Below, one piece after another: positions 13,000-27,399 of a stretch of 64,000 nucleotides of DNA (the first letter of the stretch is position 1; the number at the start of each line of letters is the position of its first letter). The DNA is taken from positions 25,854,001-25,918,000 of the forward strand of contig NC_043002.1 of assembly GCF_006345805.1 (NCBI RefSeq). Direction: 5' to 3'. The notes beneath the pieces are model-generated. The model was not told the DNA's origin. It worked only from the letters and a program-made list of their open reading frames with translations, and searched no databases. Source of the stretch: Octopus sinensis (Eukaryota). The translations under genes and the position numbers were made by a program.

Positions 13000-13004
<5 letters not shown>
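12822..13004 (-). mobile_element. Short pLTR-like repeat, family P, with degenerate hammerhead-like motif (12912-12947)
   Basis: Reverse-complement homologue of 26101-26290; motif CTTT-CTGTAGA-AGAGC-GTAG-GCTC-GATA-CG-TA-AAA. Confidence 0.6.
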
Positions 13005-13043
<39 letters not shown>

Positions 13044-15324
13044 TATTATATTTCTAAATATCTCAGTAGTGGTACGACAGAGTAGTTGTATACTGTCATC
13101 TTAATGTGACAGACCCATGAAGGGAATCACACTACTGCTATTTAGCCTTAGGAAGCAGCAACGCTTCCTGTCGGCCTTGACACATTTCCTGTGTCCTTAT
13201 GTTTACAAGGAGGAGATAAGCACCTCCACCCAGTGAAGCCTGCATTGAGAGACTAGTTTCTGAGTCTTTGATCGTCGACTGTTTGGAGTAGCATGGCGTG
13301 CTAGTTGGAGATACCTAGCTAGCTCTTGTAAACATATAAGAATTCTAGTGAAATAAATCCACTGATTACAAAAATAGAAATATTACATTTCTAAATATAC
13401 TCATGCACACACATATATGAGCCGGCGAAATTCCCATTCAGTTGTGGGATTTCATCAGCACTGTGTAATTTCTTTATCCGTCATGTTAAGACAATGCTGA
13501 AACGTCTATTCACAGTTCTGGCGTAGCTCCCCAGAAAAATTGAAACAAACCAGGTATTCCTTAAGCACCATGTTACTTTACATTAGTTCTGGCTTACTAT
13601 AGATTACTTCTCTTTCTCATTCGCTGTTAGAAGCAATCAACGCTATGCATTTGTTTATCTTCCCAGAAATAGAAAATAATTTCAACGAGTTAAGAATTTG
13701 AATTGTTTGGTAATTAATGCAACCAGATTTTGTTTATCTTGCCTAAATTCCTCCTACATATTTCCCTTTGTTAACTTTCGCTTTAATTACTCTAACTATA
13801 GATATTTCACATTCTTTTCATAGTTGTCTGGCTGCAATCAAGGAGAGACAGTTTTGAGCTGATGAGGCCTATTGAGAATAAAAAATACGTGTAAACAACT
13901 TATTCATGCTTCCAAAGTAAGCGGACCATTTTTAAAATGGCATGTTAATTCATGAGAATTGATACATTAGTCCTATCAACATTTTTGGTTCCTTAAGATT
14001 ATGAAGTGAATGAGTACAATCTTTGACTATCAAGAGACCACTGCTTGTGAATTCACTATTACAAAGAGCTGAAGTAAATTTGATAAAACGACTTGCTAAT
14101 ATAATTTGCTCTTGTCAGCTTGTTCGATAAAAAAGAAAGAAACAAACTAACTACTAATGTCTTAAGTTGTTTTGTTTCAATGCAATAGTTTACTAAAGAA
14201 TATATCTCCAAGTAGAAAAAATGTTTACATTCGTTTATTGCATTACAGCGTAAGGTAAAATATCTGACTATAAAGATTTAGTTTACATAGGATTCGTTAC
14301 AGAAAGCCAGAAAGAGCAATCAAATAATCTAATCTCATGTAGGTTTGTCAAATTTCATATTCAGAGCCATGAGCTTCTCCTACCGGCGCTAGTATTCCAA
14401 TGTTTCCAGAGAAATAAGAAATTGATTTATTGAATAGTGTAAACTCTAGATTCCACTAAATTCTAGGAGGAGTGACTGTGGCTCATGAGTGACTTATTAA
14501 CATTCATCATTATCTTGGTATCATGCCCCTCAACAGTGATATTTTTTTTATTGAATTCAAAGGTTTTCAGAAGTATTCACACAAAGTACTGGATTTCCTA
14601 TAGAAAGTGAACGAGAAAATTATACACGCACAAGAATTCCAACCACCTTCAGCCATAATTTGGAACCTTGCAGCTGTTTGAAGTAGGAGAGTCTTCGACC
14701 TATTCACAGACAAAAGCATTTTCAATAAGGCCACTCTCTTTCACAGCGATGTGCTAGAATGTAACAACTTAGCCTAGAAATTGCTATATGAAGAGCATAT
14801 TCAGCATAGAAAGAAAATAATCTGCTTTACTCTACCTTGCAACATGAATATAAACTCTATTATAACCTGCGACTTATCCCTTATATGACAGCAATTTCCG
14901 CCTATGCAAATATATAGCATATACTTCAACACTAATAACGTTAGGGAAGTCATTCTTGCTTAGATAATATTGTTTCCCGTATATAAAGATACATTTAAAC
15001 AATTTCCACTACAGAAACATACAAATAATTACAAAAGTAACCTATCTTGCCCGTTTAAGGGATCGTGTCTCCCCAAAGCCATGGTATATACAACTATAGC
15101 CGTCCCCACTATGGTACTGATACATACATACATACATACATACATACATACATACATACATACATACTTACAAACAAACAAACAAACAAACATACATACA
15201 TACATACATGCATACATACATGCATACATACATACATACATACATACATACAAACATACATACATACATACATACATGCATGCATGCATATACACCTGTC
15301 TTTTGTTTTTCTGTAAATTTCAAC

Positions 15325-15371
<47 letters not shown>

Positions 15372-15694
15372 AGAGAGAGAGAGAGAATGTGAGAGAGAGA
15401 GATTTGCACACCCCACACATATACATAAATATATATATATATGTGTGTTTGTGTATCATTCATTGAATGATACAAAAGACGAATATCTATGTGATGACGA
15501 CGACGACGATGATGATAATGATGACGATGATTAAGCAGCAGATGATACGCAACCAATAATTAAGTATATCAATAAAAAAGATCCGTATCGTGACGTAATT
15601 CAGCATGAAGATTATTTAAGTTTATTCACTGCTAAAAACGATGCTGTTTTCTGAGATCCTAATGAAATTTTGCGTTCGAATTCTTCAAAATGTA

Positions 15695-15904
15695 ACTCTC
15701 TTTACTCTCTTTTACTTGTTTCAGTCATTTGACTGCGGCCATGCTGGAGCACCGCCTTTAGTCGAGCAAATCGACCCCGGGACTTATTCTTTGTAAGCCC
15801 AGTACTTATTCTATCGGTCTCTTTTGCCGAACCGCTAAGTGACGGGGACGTAAACACACCTGCATCGGTTGTCAAGCAATGCTAGGGGAAACACAAGCAC
15901 ACAA

Positions 15905-15984
<80 letters not shown>

Positions 15985-16148
15985 ACAGGCTTCTTTCAGT
16001 TTCCGTCTACCAAATCCACTCACAAGGCATTGGTCGGCCCGGGGCTATAGCAGAAGACACTTGCCCAAGATGCCACGCAGTGGGACTGAACCCGGAACCA
16101 TGTGGCTGGTTAGCAGGCTACTTACCACACAGCCACTCCTGCGCCTAT
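15695..16148 (-). mobile_element. Full dimeric SINE (C/D): tRNA head plus CORE-like segment, internal CA/TA microsatellite, second module
   Basis: Head ATAGGCGCAGGAGTGGCTGTGTGGTAAG, B-box GGTTCAGTCCC, CTTGGGCAAGTGTCTT; copies at 35113 and 52457. Confidence 0.85.
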
Positions 16149-16974
16149 AACTATATAATTATAATCCTGCGCTATAACTATATAATTATAATCTAAGTCT
16201 GTATTAAGTTTTTACTTCCGTTTCGGATGCTTAAATAGACTTTACGTATTTCTTCACTGTATTACCAATTTCTATTTAATATTTATAACCTTAAACTGGG
16301 TTAATTATTCAACTGGAGAAAAATACACAGCATAGATATGCTGTGACGAATGTAACTTAGACGAAGGTAGCTGATCGAATATGATGGGTACAAGTAAAAC
16401 CACAAGTGTAAATATTCATAAGAATTATAGGGCAAAATTTTATTCTTGGCTGTTAGTTCGTTTCGATGCGTACTCTAAATGATGATTGGTATTATTACTG
16501 TAATATAAGAGGTTGGTAAACTAGCAGAATCGTTAGGGACGATTAATTTCTGAATTCAGTTCAATCGAGGTAAACTTTGCATTGATCACCATGTTCGATA
16601 AAATAAAGTATCAATCAAGCACCAAAAAAAAAAAAAACATGTTTGCAAAGCAACATTCTTAACTATACAGCTATGTCTCAAAAATATGCACACGTATTTA
16701 AAAAATTAAGTTCATAAGTTATCACACACACATATATACGCACGCGTACACGGACGCACTTATGCGCGCGCGCACACGCACACACACACAGACACACGTA
16801 CAAATCGGAATTATAGTTGTCAAGCAAATGATTTGATTGGAAACCATTTGTTGAAACTAAAACAATTATAACGAGGAAGGCACTTTAGCCATTTGGAAAT
16901 AATAATTTAAGTGAAGTTAGCAGATTTTGTTTGATCTTGAATCTTGTAAATGTGTCTCTACGCTGTAACTGCTG

Positions 16975-17071
<97 letters not shown>

Positions 17072-17833
17072 GTATGACTGTCTGTCCGTCCACCAATAAT
17101 TTCCCCACTCTCACTCTCTCGTTCTCACTTCCCCTCTATTTTCGTTCTGTGTGTATGAATGAATGAATGTTCATCTATACATATATATATGTATAGATGA
17201 ACACATATATGTATATATAAATGTATGTATACATGTGTGTTTACACCTATCTACATATATCTCTCCCACTATCTGTCTATCTATACATACATACACACGC
17301 ACACACACACACATATATATACGCATACATACATACATACATACATGTATGTGTGCATGTGTGTATGTATCTACACATAGATGCGCCTACATACAAGCAT
17401 AGACACACGCACATACTTAAATATATACATATACATATATGCAGTTATGTGTTTACGTACGTATGTGCCGAAATTAAGAACCGAGAAAAAAGTCCACAGC
17501 TTCTAATAAGCGAATAAGTGTGTCAGGGTAGATGTACGTGTACGCACCTGTGTATATTATGTGTATGTGTACATCTAATACGCCCGCACGTACACCTACA
17601 CTCATATATGAATACATACATGTGTGTGTATACATACACGCATATACATATATGTATATATACAAACATATGTATATGCATATATATACATATACAAACA
17701 TATATATACATATATATGTATATATATATATATATGTATATATATATACATTCATATATATATGTATATACATATATTTATATATATATACATACACATG
17801 CATATATATAGTGTGTATGTATATGCGTATGTG

Positions 17834-17864
<31 letters not shown>

Positions 17865-18223
17865 GCATATACATACACACTCACATATATATATGTCGCC
17901 TGTGTGTTTGTTTTGTATAATTTCTTGGTGTCAAATCGTGCACACACACACATGCGCAGAGACACACTCATACTCACACACACATACACACATACGAACA
18001 CATATAAATTTTATTTATTTTATGGATTAATGACTATTATAAAAAATTCTGATTGAATTATTTTATGGTCGAACTGTATTGGTTATTTATTCATCAACTT
18101 ATGATAATTATCGCTAATTTAATTGCATAGCAATAAATCATTCACTGACTTATTTATTAACTTAATATCTTAATATCTGCAAGGTTCTTCTTGATTTAGC
18201 CTTCCATACTAATTGCTCATTGG

Positions 18224-18227
<4 letters not shown>

Positions 18228-18288
<61 letters not shown>

Positions 18289-18314
18289 TTAATGATAATA
18301 ATAATGATAATGAA

Positions 18315-18351
<37 letters not shown>

Positions 18352-18395
18352 GTGATGATTATGATGATGATGATATAATTATTATTATTAATAAA

Positions 18396-18469
<74 letters not shown>

Positions 18470-18487
18470 TAATAATAATTATTATTA
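18228..18487. repeat. (AAT)n/(GAT)n microsatellite
   Basis: Directly visible; explains the poly-Asn ORF. Confidence 0.95.
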
Positions 18488-19905
18488 ATTGTTGTTATTA
18501 TTGTTCTGTTGCTGTTGTTACTCAATTAAGCACTGTTTATTCTTTTATCACGTTTACAGTTAAGTAGAAATTTACTTCCCCTCCTATCTATGCGCGAAGT
18601 TTAACTCCACCCACTGAAAAAATACAACAAAAACAACATATTCCCTCTCTCTTTCTTACTTCTCTTACTACTCCTCTTGAAATGTCTAGTTGTTCTCTTT
18701 TCACTGCCTTTCTAAGAGCTGCATTGTTGCTGAATGGTTAAATTAGTTTGCTTCGTAATTGCCATGTCTTAGGTTTGATCCCAATCCCGTAACGTCTTGG
18801 GCAAGTGAATTTTTTTTTCACCATTACTTCGAAGATTGTGACTGAAATTTGATAGACCGACACTGTTCAGAAGACTTTCCGATGGATTGCACCATAATTC
18901 AATGGCATAAATTTTTCGCACACGGGGTCGGTGATTCTATCCAAGAATTGCATGGTATACGTGTTTGAGGAATATCCGGCCATATACATGCAACTTCAAT
19001 GAACCGGTAATTACATTGACCAGGCAACTGATTCTTCTTCGTCGAAACCGATGGAGATCCTTGAAAACTGTCAAAGTCATTCAGTCAAATGCAATTGAAG
19101 CATCCAAACTCTATTTCTCTTTACCTAAGAGCCAACAACCCTTCACTCAGGGTTAACACTAACTTACTTTTTCGCTCCACCCTAAAACTTGCATCTTTTC
19201 AGATATAAATCATAGCCATTCTCCACTTCGGTCCTACCCCATATTAAAATAAATTTGTTTGAAATTTTAAGGTGTTACCATTATTTTGTCCAACCCCAGT
19301 ATATATATGTATATAGTCTATGAATTTTCGAAGGTTTGTCTACCTGTTGACCTATTGTAATCTTCCACGTTGTCCATCTGTCCATCTTTTACTCCAATCG
19401 TTCCATTTATGCTATTTCACCTACACACACACACACTCACACACACACACACACACGCACGCACACACACGCAGACACGCACGCACACACACATGCACAC
19501 ACACACATACATTCATACATACATATATACGTGTTATACGCGAGTATATTAATTAATATATTGATTAAAGGTTGATAGCGACTTCAATCTTTCGTTTACC
19601 ATCTGTCATCAGTTGGATAATGACTAATAAATCGAAGCCACTCTCAACCGCTTCCTTGTCAGTGTTTGATAAACATGTTCTCAACTATAAAGTATTAAGT
19701 TATCGTTCAATTTAATGTTAAATTGTGTTTCTTAACTTTACATAAAAGCTAACATTAATATGTGAACGTGTGCGAGCGTTTGAGATATGTATGTGTGTAC
19801 ATGTGGATGTTGTGTGGGTATGTATGTGTATATAATTGTGTGTAAGTGAGTGTTTGCGAAAATATTTTAAATAATATTAGTCGTTGTATATTTGTTTCAT
19901 CCTCA

Positions 19906-20328
19906 GGGTGGTGAGCTGGCAGAATCGTTAGCACGCCGGGTGAAATGCTTAGCGATATTTCGTTTGCTGCTACGTTCTGAGTTCAAATTTCGCCGAGGTC
20001 GACTTTGCCTTTCATCCTTTCAGGGCCGATTAAATAAGTACCAGTTACGTACTGGGGTCGATATAATCAACTTAACCCGTTTGTCTGTCCTTGTTTGTCC
20101 TCTCTGTGTTTAGCCCCTTGTGGGTAGTAAAGAAATAGGTATTTCGTCTGCTGCTACGTTCTGAGTTCAAATTTCGCCGAGGTCCACTTTGCCTTTCATC
20201 CTTTCAGGGCCGATTAAATAAGTACCAGTTACGTACTGGGGTCGATATAATCAACTTAATCTATTTGTCTGTCCTTGTTTGTCCCCTCTATGTTTAGCCC
20301 CACCCCCGCATGGGCAATAAAGAAATAA
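19906..20328 (+). mobile_element. SINE family E (Meta-domain-like core) with a 184-bp head-less tandem copy
   Basis: GGTGAGCTGGCAGAATCGTTAG...GTTCAAATT...GAGGTCGACTTTGCCTTTCATCCTTT; the repeat restarts at GGTATTTCGT (20138). Confidence 0.8.
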
Positions 20329-20624
20329 ATATCTGTTTCATCCCCACTGCGTAATTATTTCCACTTGGTAACCTCTTTAATGTTCACTGCATTGAATTTG
20401 TCAAAAATAACTTAACTTTCTCGCTTTAATTTTCTCTCTGTTTCATGCTCTCTCAACACAAACACGTAATTGAGATTATAGTCACGAGAAAATCTAAAAT
20501 CTATCAGAGCACTTGCCAAGTTGTATGACAACTTCCCTATCAAGAAAATCTAAGCCCTTGAATCACTGATGTAGCTTCACACACATCATAAAAAATACTA
20601 ATATTCTGGCTTATATATTGGTTT

Positions 20625-20813
20625 CATATTTTGGTACAAGGCCAACAATTTCGGGGCAGGGATAAATCGATTACTAGAACTTATTTTAAAGACCACAAAA
20701 ATGATGACAGGCAAAGTCGACCCCTGCGGAATTTGAACTCAAAACGTGAAGACGGACGAAATACCGCTAAGCATTTTTCTCGGCCTGCTAACGATTCGGC
20801 CAGCTCGCTGCCT
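20625..20813 (-). mobile_element. SINE family E, diverged
   Basis: Reverse-complement similarity to 22693-22925. Confidence 0.7.
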
Positions 20814-20820
20814 TATTTTC

Positions 20821-20879
<59 letters not shown>

Positions 20880-21739
20880 TGATGATAATAATGATGATGA
20901 TGATGATAATAAAGAGAGTGGTTTCTTTATTATTCATAAAATTTCAAATGTTCTGGTACGTGACTTTTGGCTCACCATGTATGTTTGTGTGTGTGTGAGA
21001 AAGAGAAAGAAAGAGTGAGAGAGAGAGAGGGAGAGAGAGAGCGAAAGAGAGACAGAGGGGAAAAAGAGGATAACTGATTGTCTCTTAATTCTGCATGTAC
21101 GCAGATGTTTTACTCCTTAGTACTATAAATACAGAAGAGACTAAGTGTCCAGTTTCAATAAACTAATCCTCGACACCCATAGGTTCTTCCCCTACAGGTC
21201 TGAATTAATAGAAATCAAAGAAGTATTACAGCTCAAGGAAAAATTCATCGTTCGTGTGTAACTGCTGTGCTGTGGTACAGCGTAGTTCAATAGTTCAAAG
21301 ATGTGTATAATTGTTTGATGTGATTAAATCAGATGAACATGTTTTAAAGTAGATAAAATATCGAGCATTATTGTGTGTGTGTGTGTGTGTGTGGTACAGA
21401 ATGCATAACATTTTAAGTTTATTTCTCTTCCACTTTCTTCTTTTTGAAGCCTTGATCAGGATTAATTCCTGCCTTTTTACTGCTACAAAGCAACATTTGC
21501 ACTAAGTAGAGATTGCTTTTATCTATCTGCCTCCGCTGATATGAGAACTGCTGGCGTCTTTTATGTTCATACAAATCCCAGTTCAGAACGAGATTTACGT
21601 CATTTTTATATCGAATACGGTATATTTTAACCACTGAACGTTAGAGAAGAGTAAATAATTAGGTATAGATAGGTAAGATAGAAAGTAACGGAGTGTCTTA
21701 CTTTCCCAATTCGTCTTCCCAATTTCTCCCTTAATATAT

Positions 21740-22046
21740 ATCACGTGATCACGTGGCCGACTAGGCTATCAGATGTTGTTACACATCGCTGGTCACAATG
21801 CGCTTTGCATTGTTTTAGCCTTCAAATGACGCCACCCCGCTGGCTAAGCGAGCAGGCCAACAGAAGGAAGAGTGAGAGAAAGTTGTGGCGAAAGAGTACA
21901 GCAGGGATCGCCCCCACCCCCTGCCGGATCCTCGTGGAGTTTTAGGTGTTTTTGCTCAATAAACACTCACAACGCCCGGTCTGGGAATCGAAACCGCGAT
22001 CCGACGACCGCGAGTCCGCCGCCCTAACCACTGGGCCATTGCGCCT

Positions 22047-22050
<4 letters not shown>
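21740..22050 (-). mobile_element. SINE: family B head plus a second tail type ending GATCACGTGAT
   Basis: Shares a ~190-bp head with 8960-9136 and 26895-27076, then diverges. Confidence 0.85.
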
Positions 22051-22105
<55 letters not shown>

Positions 22106-22692
22106 ATGGCTTCCAATTTTAGAACAGGGACAGTAGTTTTAGAGGGAGTTGGATAGTCGATTACTTCGACCCCAGAACTTGAATGGCACTTCTTTTATTG
22201 ACCGCGAAATGGTGTAAGATAAAGTTGACCTCAATGGGATTTGAACATACTGCATAACATTTCTTTCTTCTGGTGCGCTACTGGTTTGCCTGCGCATCGC
22301 CTTAACCTTTAATATGTAATAAAATCAGGAGATAACGAAGCTTTTCGGTCTCTCAGACTTCTCCAACAAAGATCTATGCAGTATTTACATTAGTTGTCTA
22401 TCTAATTCAAAGAGGAATTACATTTCAAGAAGTATTGTATTTCAAGGAGAAATCCATAACTGATGAGTTGTGTATACAATAGTTAAAACTGTGTTATAAT
22501 TGTTATAGAGAATTCAATCTGACGAATAATGATTGAAAGTGAATAAAAATTGCAAGAATCACTATTTATATATTATTAAAAATATATATCTTCTTTCGAT
22601 AGGGTTTAGTCAGAAATACGGAGTTCTTACTTAAACACAATACACAACAAAAGAAGTATGATATTAATAGTTTGCTTAATATACACCTCTAA

Positions 22693-22925
22693 GGGCAGCG
22701 AGCTGGCAAAAACGTTAGCACGCCGGGCGAAATGCTTAGCAGTATTTCGTCTGCCGCTACGTTCTGAGTTCAAATTCCGCCGAGGTCGACTTTGCCTTTC
22801 ATCCTATCGGGGTCAATATATTAAGTACCAGTTACGCACTGGGGTTGATGTAATCGACTTAATCCGTTTTTCTGTCCTTGTTTATCCTCTCTATGTTTAG
22901 CCCCTTTGTGGGTAGTAAAGAAATA
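22693..22925 (+). mobile_element. SINE family E, full length
   Basis: Same consensus as 19906-20145. Confidence 0.85.
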
Positions 22926-23019
22926 ATATATATACCTTTAATGTTATTCAAGAGATAGGGACTATAAAACATAACTTTCGACTCAGGCCTACGATATATT
23001 TTATTTCCAGAAGGCGGTT

Positions 23020-23420
23020 GTACCTTGCAGAACGAGAAGTTGAATGAGAAATTCAAAAAGCTTAGCAAAGCCGTTAGGAAGAAGATATCAAATATTAATC
23101 AGTAGATCATTTATATTCACTGTGGCAATGCAGGACCAGAAACGTCATTGGCAACAAGCTAAGTACTCGGTAAATTCGGCTGGCTACTGGTCACCCACCC
23201 ACTTACCTACCGTCCAGCTCACATCTTGTGCCATTTAACTTCCACCTGTTCCGTCCAGTGAAGGATAAACTACGGGGATAGCAGTTTGATGATACAGAGG
23301 AGATGAAATGAATATGAAGTGGGTACAAGTGTGCAAATCACTTCTGATAAAGACTACCGAGTTGTAACTTTGGAAGAATTACTCTTCAGCACGTGCAAAT
23401 TGAACGGCCTCTTTAATTCA
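23020..23420 (+). pseudogene. Decayed mariner transposase, C-terminal DDE region
   Basis: Frames read IHCGNAGPETSLAT..LGKFGW..VTHP and FHLFRPVKDKLRG*QFDDTEEM, resembling HDNARPH..GWEVLPHPPYSPDLAP.DFHLF. Confidence 0.65.
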
Positions 23421-25453
23421 AAACAAATGTTATGCTCCTTTGTGCATTACTTTAGGTATAACTCTATTGTGTATGTATAAATGTATGTATGTATGCATGT
23501 ATGTATGTTTTCCAGCCATGCATTACCATCATTGACCCAAGCCTCCATCCCATTATGAAATGATTAGATTATTGATACAAAGTGATCCGGACATCCAAGT
23601 TTGCCAAGTATTTTCTAGAGGGAGGCCCTATTCACAGTATCATGTATGTATGTATGTATGTATGTATGTATGTATGTATGTATGTATGTATGTATGTATG
23701 TATGTATGCATCTATCTATCTATCTATCTATCTGCATATCTATCTATTTATATAACGATTGCACTTACTCCTCCCTATTGTAAAACAAATCACTTAAACC
23801 ATGAGATTTTTCTCAGAATATCGCGCCCTTCCGTCCTCAATCCCTCTCGCACTATCACTTGTCAATGTTCTTGTATAATACACCATACAGTCTGTTTTCA
23901 CAGCCCATTGTAACCACGGTTTGCCTTCAAGACATATCTTCCACCCACTACAGTTTTTAGCACGTTGCATATGAGGATAGTCCTCGTGATACACACACGA
24001 ATGCATTCCCTAGGTTTCATAGATTTCCCGTGGTACAATTTTATTCAAGAGTCAAAAATCTAATGATTGTGCCATACTGATCCCTATCATCAATCAATTG
24101 CTTCATGTTTTAAAATCATTTTTACTGAAATGTAAATCAAAAGAAAATATCGAAAGGCATGGAAAGTATACTCTAGCAACGATTTATATCGGAGATAAAA
24201 TGTAGATCTACCACTCCACTTCGCACCAGAGACGAAATAACAATTAAAGAAGTAGAGGTAAAAGTATTTTCCAGCACCTAAGTAATTCAAAGTTTGCCTC
24301 GGTGTAAGTAAAATCACGTGTTTAATCCTAAACGACTTTGATGGCGTGGTGTTAAGAGATTAAATGCATCACAAAGCAAAAATCACAGGTTTTTAAAAAC
24401 TGATTTGCTACGGCAGCTGGAAGATTGTATCATGAAAATGCACCAAGGAATGTTGAATGCTGTGGTGATAAATCTTTACAAAAATGCACCAGCTCGCACG
24501 GCTTAGGTGTTAAAGAATGCCATTCGTAAATATATTTTTGAAGGGCTGCTTCACCTAACTTATCTATGAGAAGTTATTCCTTCTGGATTTCATCTGCTTC
24601 CAAATTAGAAGCACCTTTTAAAAGACAGCCAGTTCTCATGCGAAGAAAAACTGCTAACGATTACAGAATAGACGTTGGGTGAAGAGCACACACAGCTCCA
24701 TTTAAATAGCATTTAGTAGCAGCGCAAGCTAAAAAACAAAAGACGAAGGCAGGTGCACAAACAACAAACAGGTGTATTAGTAATATATGTATTGAAAATA
24801 TGTATTGAAAATTAACGGTAATTTAGCTGAAGAATAAAAGAATATCTTGAAAAATAAAAATTAAAAATAAAGTATTCTTTTCTTACTGTCAAGTAATTAA
24901 TTATGTTAGGCTGAAAACTTCTGGAACAGCCCTCGTATGTTATATAATTATCATCGAGTTTTCCTCATTAGCGTATGAAGAGTGATAGCGAGAAATATTG
25001 AAAGGTACCCAACAGTTATATAATTTGCATTTACTTCGTGTGTAAGAGATTCATGATGGGAAAACGAGAGAATTTTAATAAAATTAAGCTGACAAATTTT
25101 AAACAATTGAATTTTGCTAAGAGCTAACATGATTATATTACTGTTGATCTAAAAAAGGAACCCAGTATGATTTTTAGGCAATAATCCAATGAAAATATAC
25201 CAGCCAACGAGGCATCGTTTTTACAGTCGCTCCATGCGATAGAAATCACAGACAAGCTACTTTAAAATTACATACATCGTGTCATAAAAGTAAAGGAAGG
25301 CTGAATGGATAATGTAGTCTTAGATTATACCACTCACACACAGGCACACATGCACACACATACGCATACATGCACACACATACCACATACACACACATCA
25401 TAATATAAAGTGTGGATAGCGGCTATGTGCAAGTGATGCGTGTGGCAGATATG

Positions 25454-25484
<31 letters not shown>

Positions 25485-25657
25485 GTTTGTATTGAACTCT
25501 AAGCGTGACTGTATGTTCGTATATACGTACATAGAATCCCCACTCATTACACAAATATATATGTATATATATATATATATATACACACACATGTACACAC
25601 ACACGTACACTCCAACACAGATATATGTATATATACACGTATATATATATATATATA

Positions 25658-26030
25658 CTAGCAGTATCGCCCGGCGTTGCTCGGGTTTGTAAGGGAAATA
25701 GCTATAAAGCATTTTTAGAGAATTATAGCCAAAAAATGGAAAAAAAAATGATGGTAAATTTTTTTTTTAGTTAAAAAGGTCGAGTTGCGTCCCCCCAGAC
25801 AGTCTGTGGTTTGTGTTTCTGATTCTCGACCCCATGTCGAATTTATCGATTTTTTTTCAGAACTGGGGGAACTTTTCAAAATTTTCACTGCGTTAGTTTT
25901 GAATTATGACATTGGGCTATGTGTGTGTCAAGTTTCATCAGAATCGGTTGAAAGCCGTGGTCAGGGTGAGGGTACAACCAAACACACACAGAAACACACA
26001 CAGACAAACTGCCGTTTATATAGAGACAGA
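25658..26030 (-). mobile_element. Non-autonomous Helitron
   Basis: Minus strand A|TC 5' end at 26030; subterminal (CA/GACA) repeat; hairpin CCCGAGC-AAC-GCCGGG then CTAG|T at 25658; no TSD. Confidence 0.75.
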
Positions 26031-26065
26031 TATATATATCAATATATATAAATGCATATACACAT

Positions 26066-26100
<35 letters not shown>

Positions 26101-26103
<3 letters not shown>

Positions 26104-26290
26104 CCATGATTGACTGCTAGCCACTAAAGCTTTTTTTATTCTCTGTTTATTTTCTCGTATTCCTTTCTGTTGAAGAGCGTAGGCTCGAAACGTTAAAGAT
26201 CTCACTTTCCCGATCGTTAAACTAATACATCTGTTTGTTGTTTGCACACCTGCCTTCGTCTTTTGTTTTTTTTTGTAAATTCTAACTATA
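26101..26290 (+). mobile_element. Family P pLTR-like repeat with variant hammerhead-like motif (26163-26198)
   Basis: CTTT-CTGTTGA-AGAGC-GTAG-GCTC-GAAA-CG-TT-AAAG; partial copy at 24725-24783. Confidence 0.65.
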
Positions 26291-26767
26291 TATACATACA
26301 TATATATATATATATATAGATATATGTATAAATATATATAGATATAAAAAATAAACATACACACGCACACACACACATACACACACGCATATATAAGTAT
26401 ACAAGCGTTTGTGTGTGTACGTCTCCAGAGTGAGAATTTGAAGGATAGGGGAACGCACAAGAAAGCAGAGAGAGAGAGAGAGGGGGGAAGGGAGAGAGAA
26501 ATAGAAGCGGAGAGGGAGCGAGAGAGAGAAATTTTTTACTGATAACTCAATATATAGAAGTGTGTGTGTATGTGTGTGAGCGTGTGTAAGTATGTGTGTC
26601 TGCGTATATTTTTCCATAATGAAAGAATGGACAGGCAAACAACTGGTATCGGTTTAGATTATGCCATCTATATAGTGAAACGATTGCTGAGTAAGAAAAA
26701 AAAAAAGGAAAAGTTTTTCTTTCTACTCTATTGTAACAACTCTGCAATTATGTATCAATGCATAAAT

Positions 26768-27076
26768 AAAACGATAAACATCGCCCTTTTCAAGCCTAGC
26801 CAGGCTCATGGGCCCGGTTTCCCGGTTTCTGTGGCGTATGTGTTCCCTCCAGCCGGACGAGACGCCAGTCCATCGCAGCGTTACTCAGGAAACAGAGAGT
26901 AAGAGAAAGTTGTGGCGAAAGAGTACAACAGGGGTCGTCGCCACCCCTTACCGGAACCTCGTGGAACGTTTAGGTGTTTTCGCTCAATAAACACACACAA
27001 CGCTCGGTCTAGGAATCGAAACCGCGATCCTCCGACCGCGAGTCCGCTGCCCTAACAACTGGACCATTTCGCCTCC
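26768..27076 (-). mobile_element. SINE: family B head plus a third tail type
   Basis: 13-bp TSD TCAATGCATAAAT at 26755-26767 and 27077-27089; tail GCGATGGACTGGCGTC...CAGAAACCGGG. Confidence 0.85.
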
Positions 27077-27399
27077 TCAATGCATAAATGCTGTAACCTA
27101 ATCGGATATCAGTTATTTGCCTGTTAATTGTTTCATTCTACTCGTACATACTCAATGAGAAACTACCGATAGCCGTTCATTGATAGGCAACTACATCACC
27201 ACTGCTTTTTCTGTTACTCTCAGTTTTAGGTGGTAAATCAACTTAAGCACTAATTGTATGAACCTATCACATTACGTCCTTAGCGGAATATTATATGACC
27301 CTCTCTCTTTCCCCCCTCTCTCTCTCTCTATATATATATATACATACATATGTATATATATGTATATATACATATATATGCGTATATATATGTATAAAG

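Noticed and set aside
13480-13510. GAAACGTC and nearby CTGATGA matches (13454 minus, 13859 plus)
   Set aside because: The motifs are not on one strand in a pairing-compatible order.
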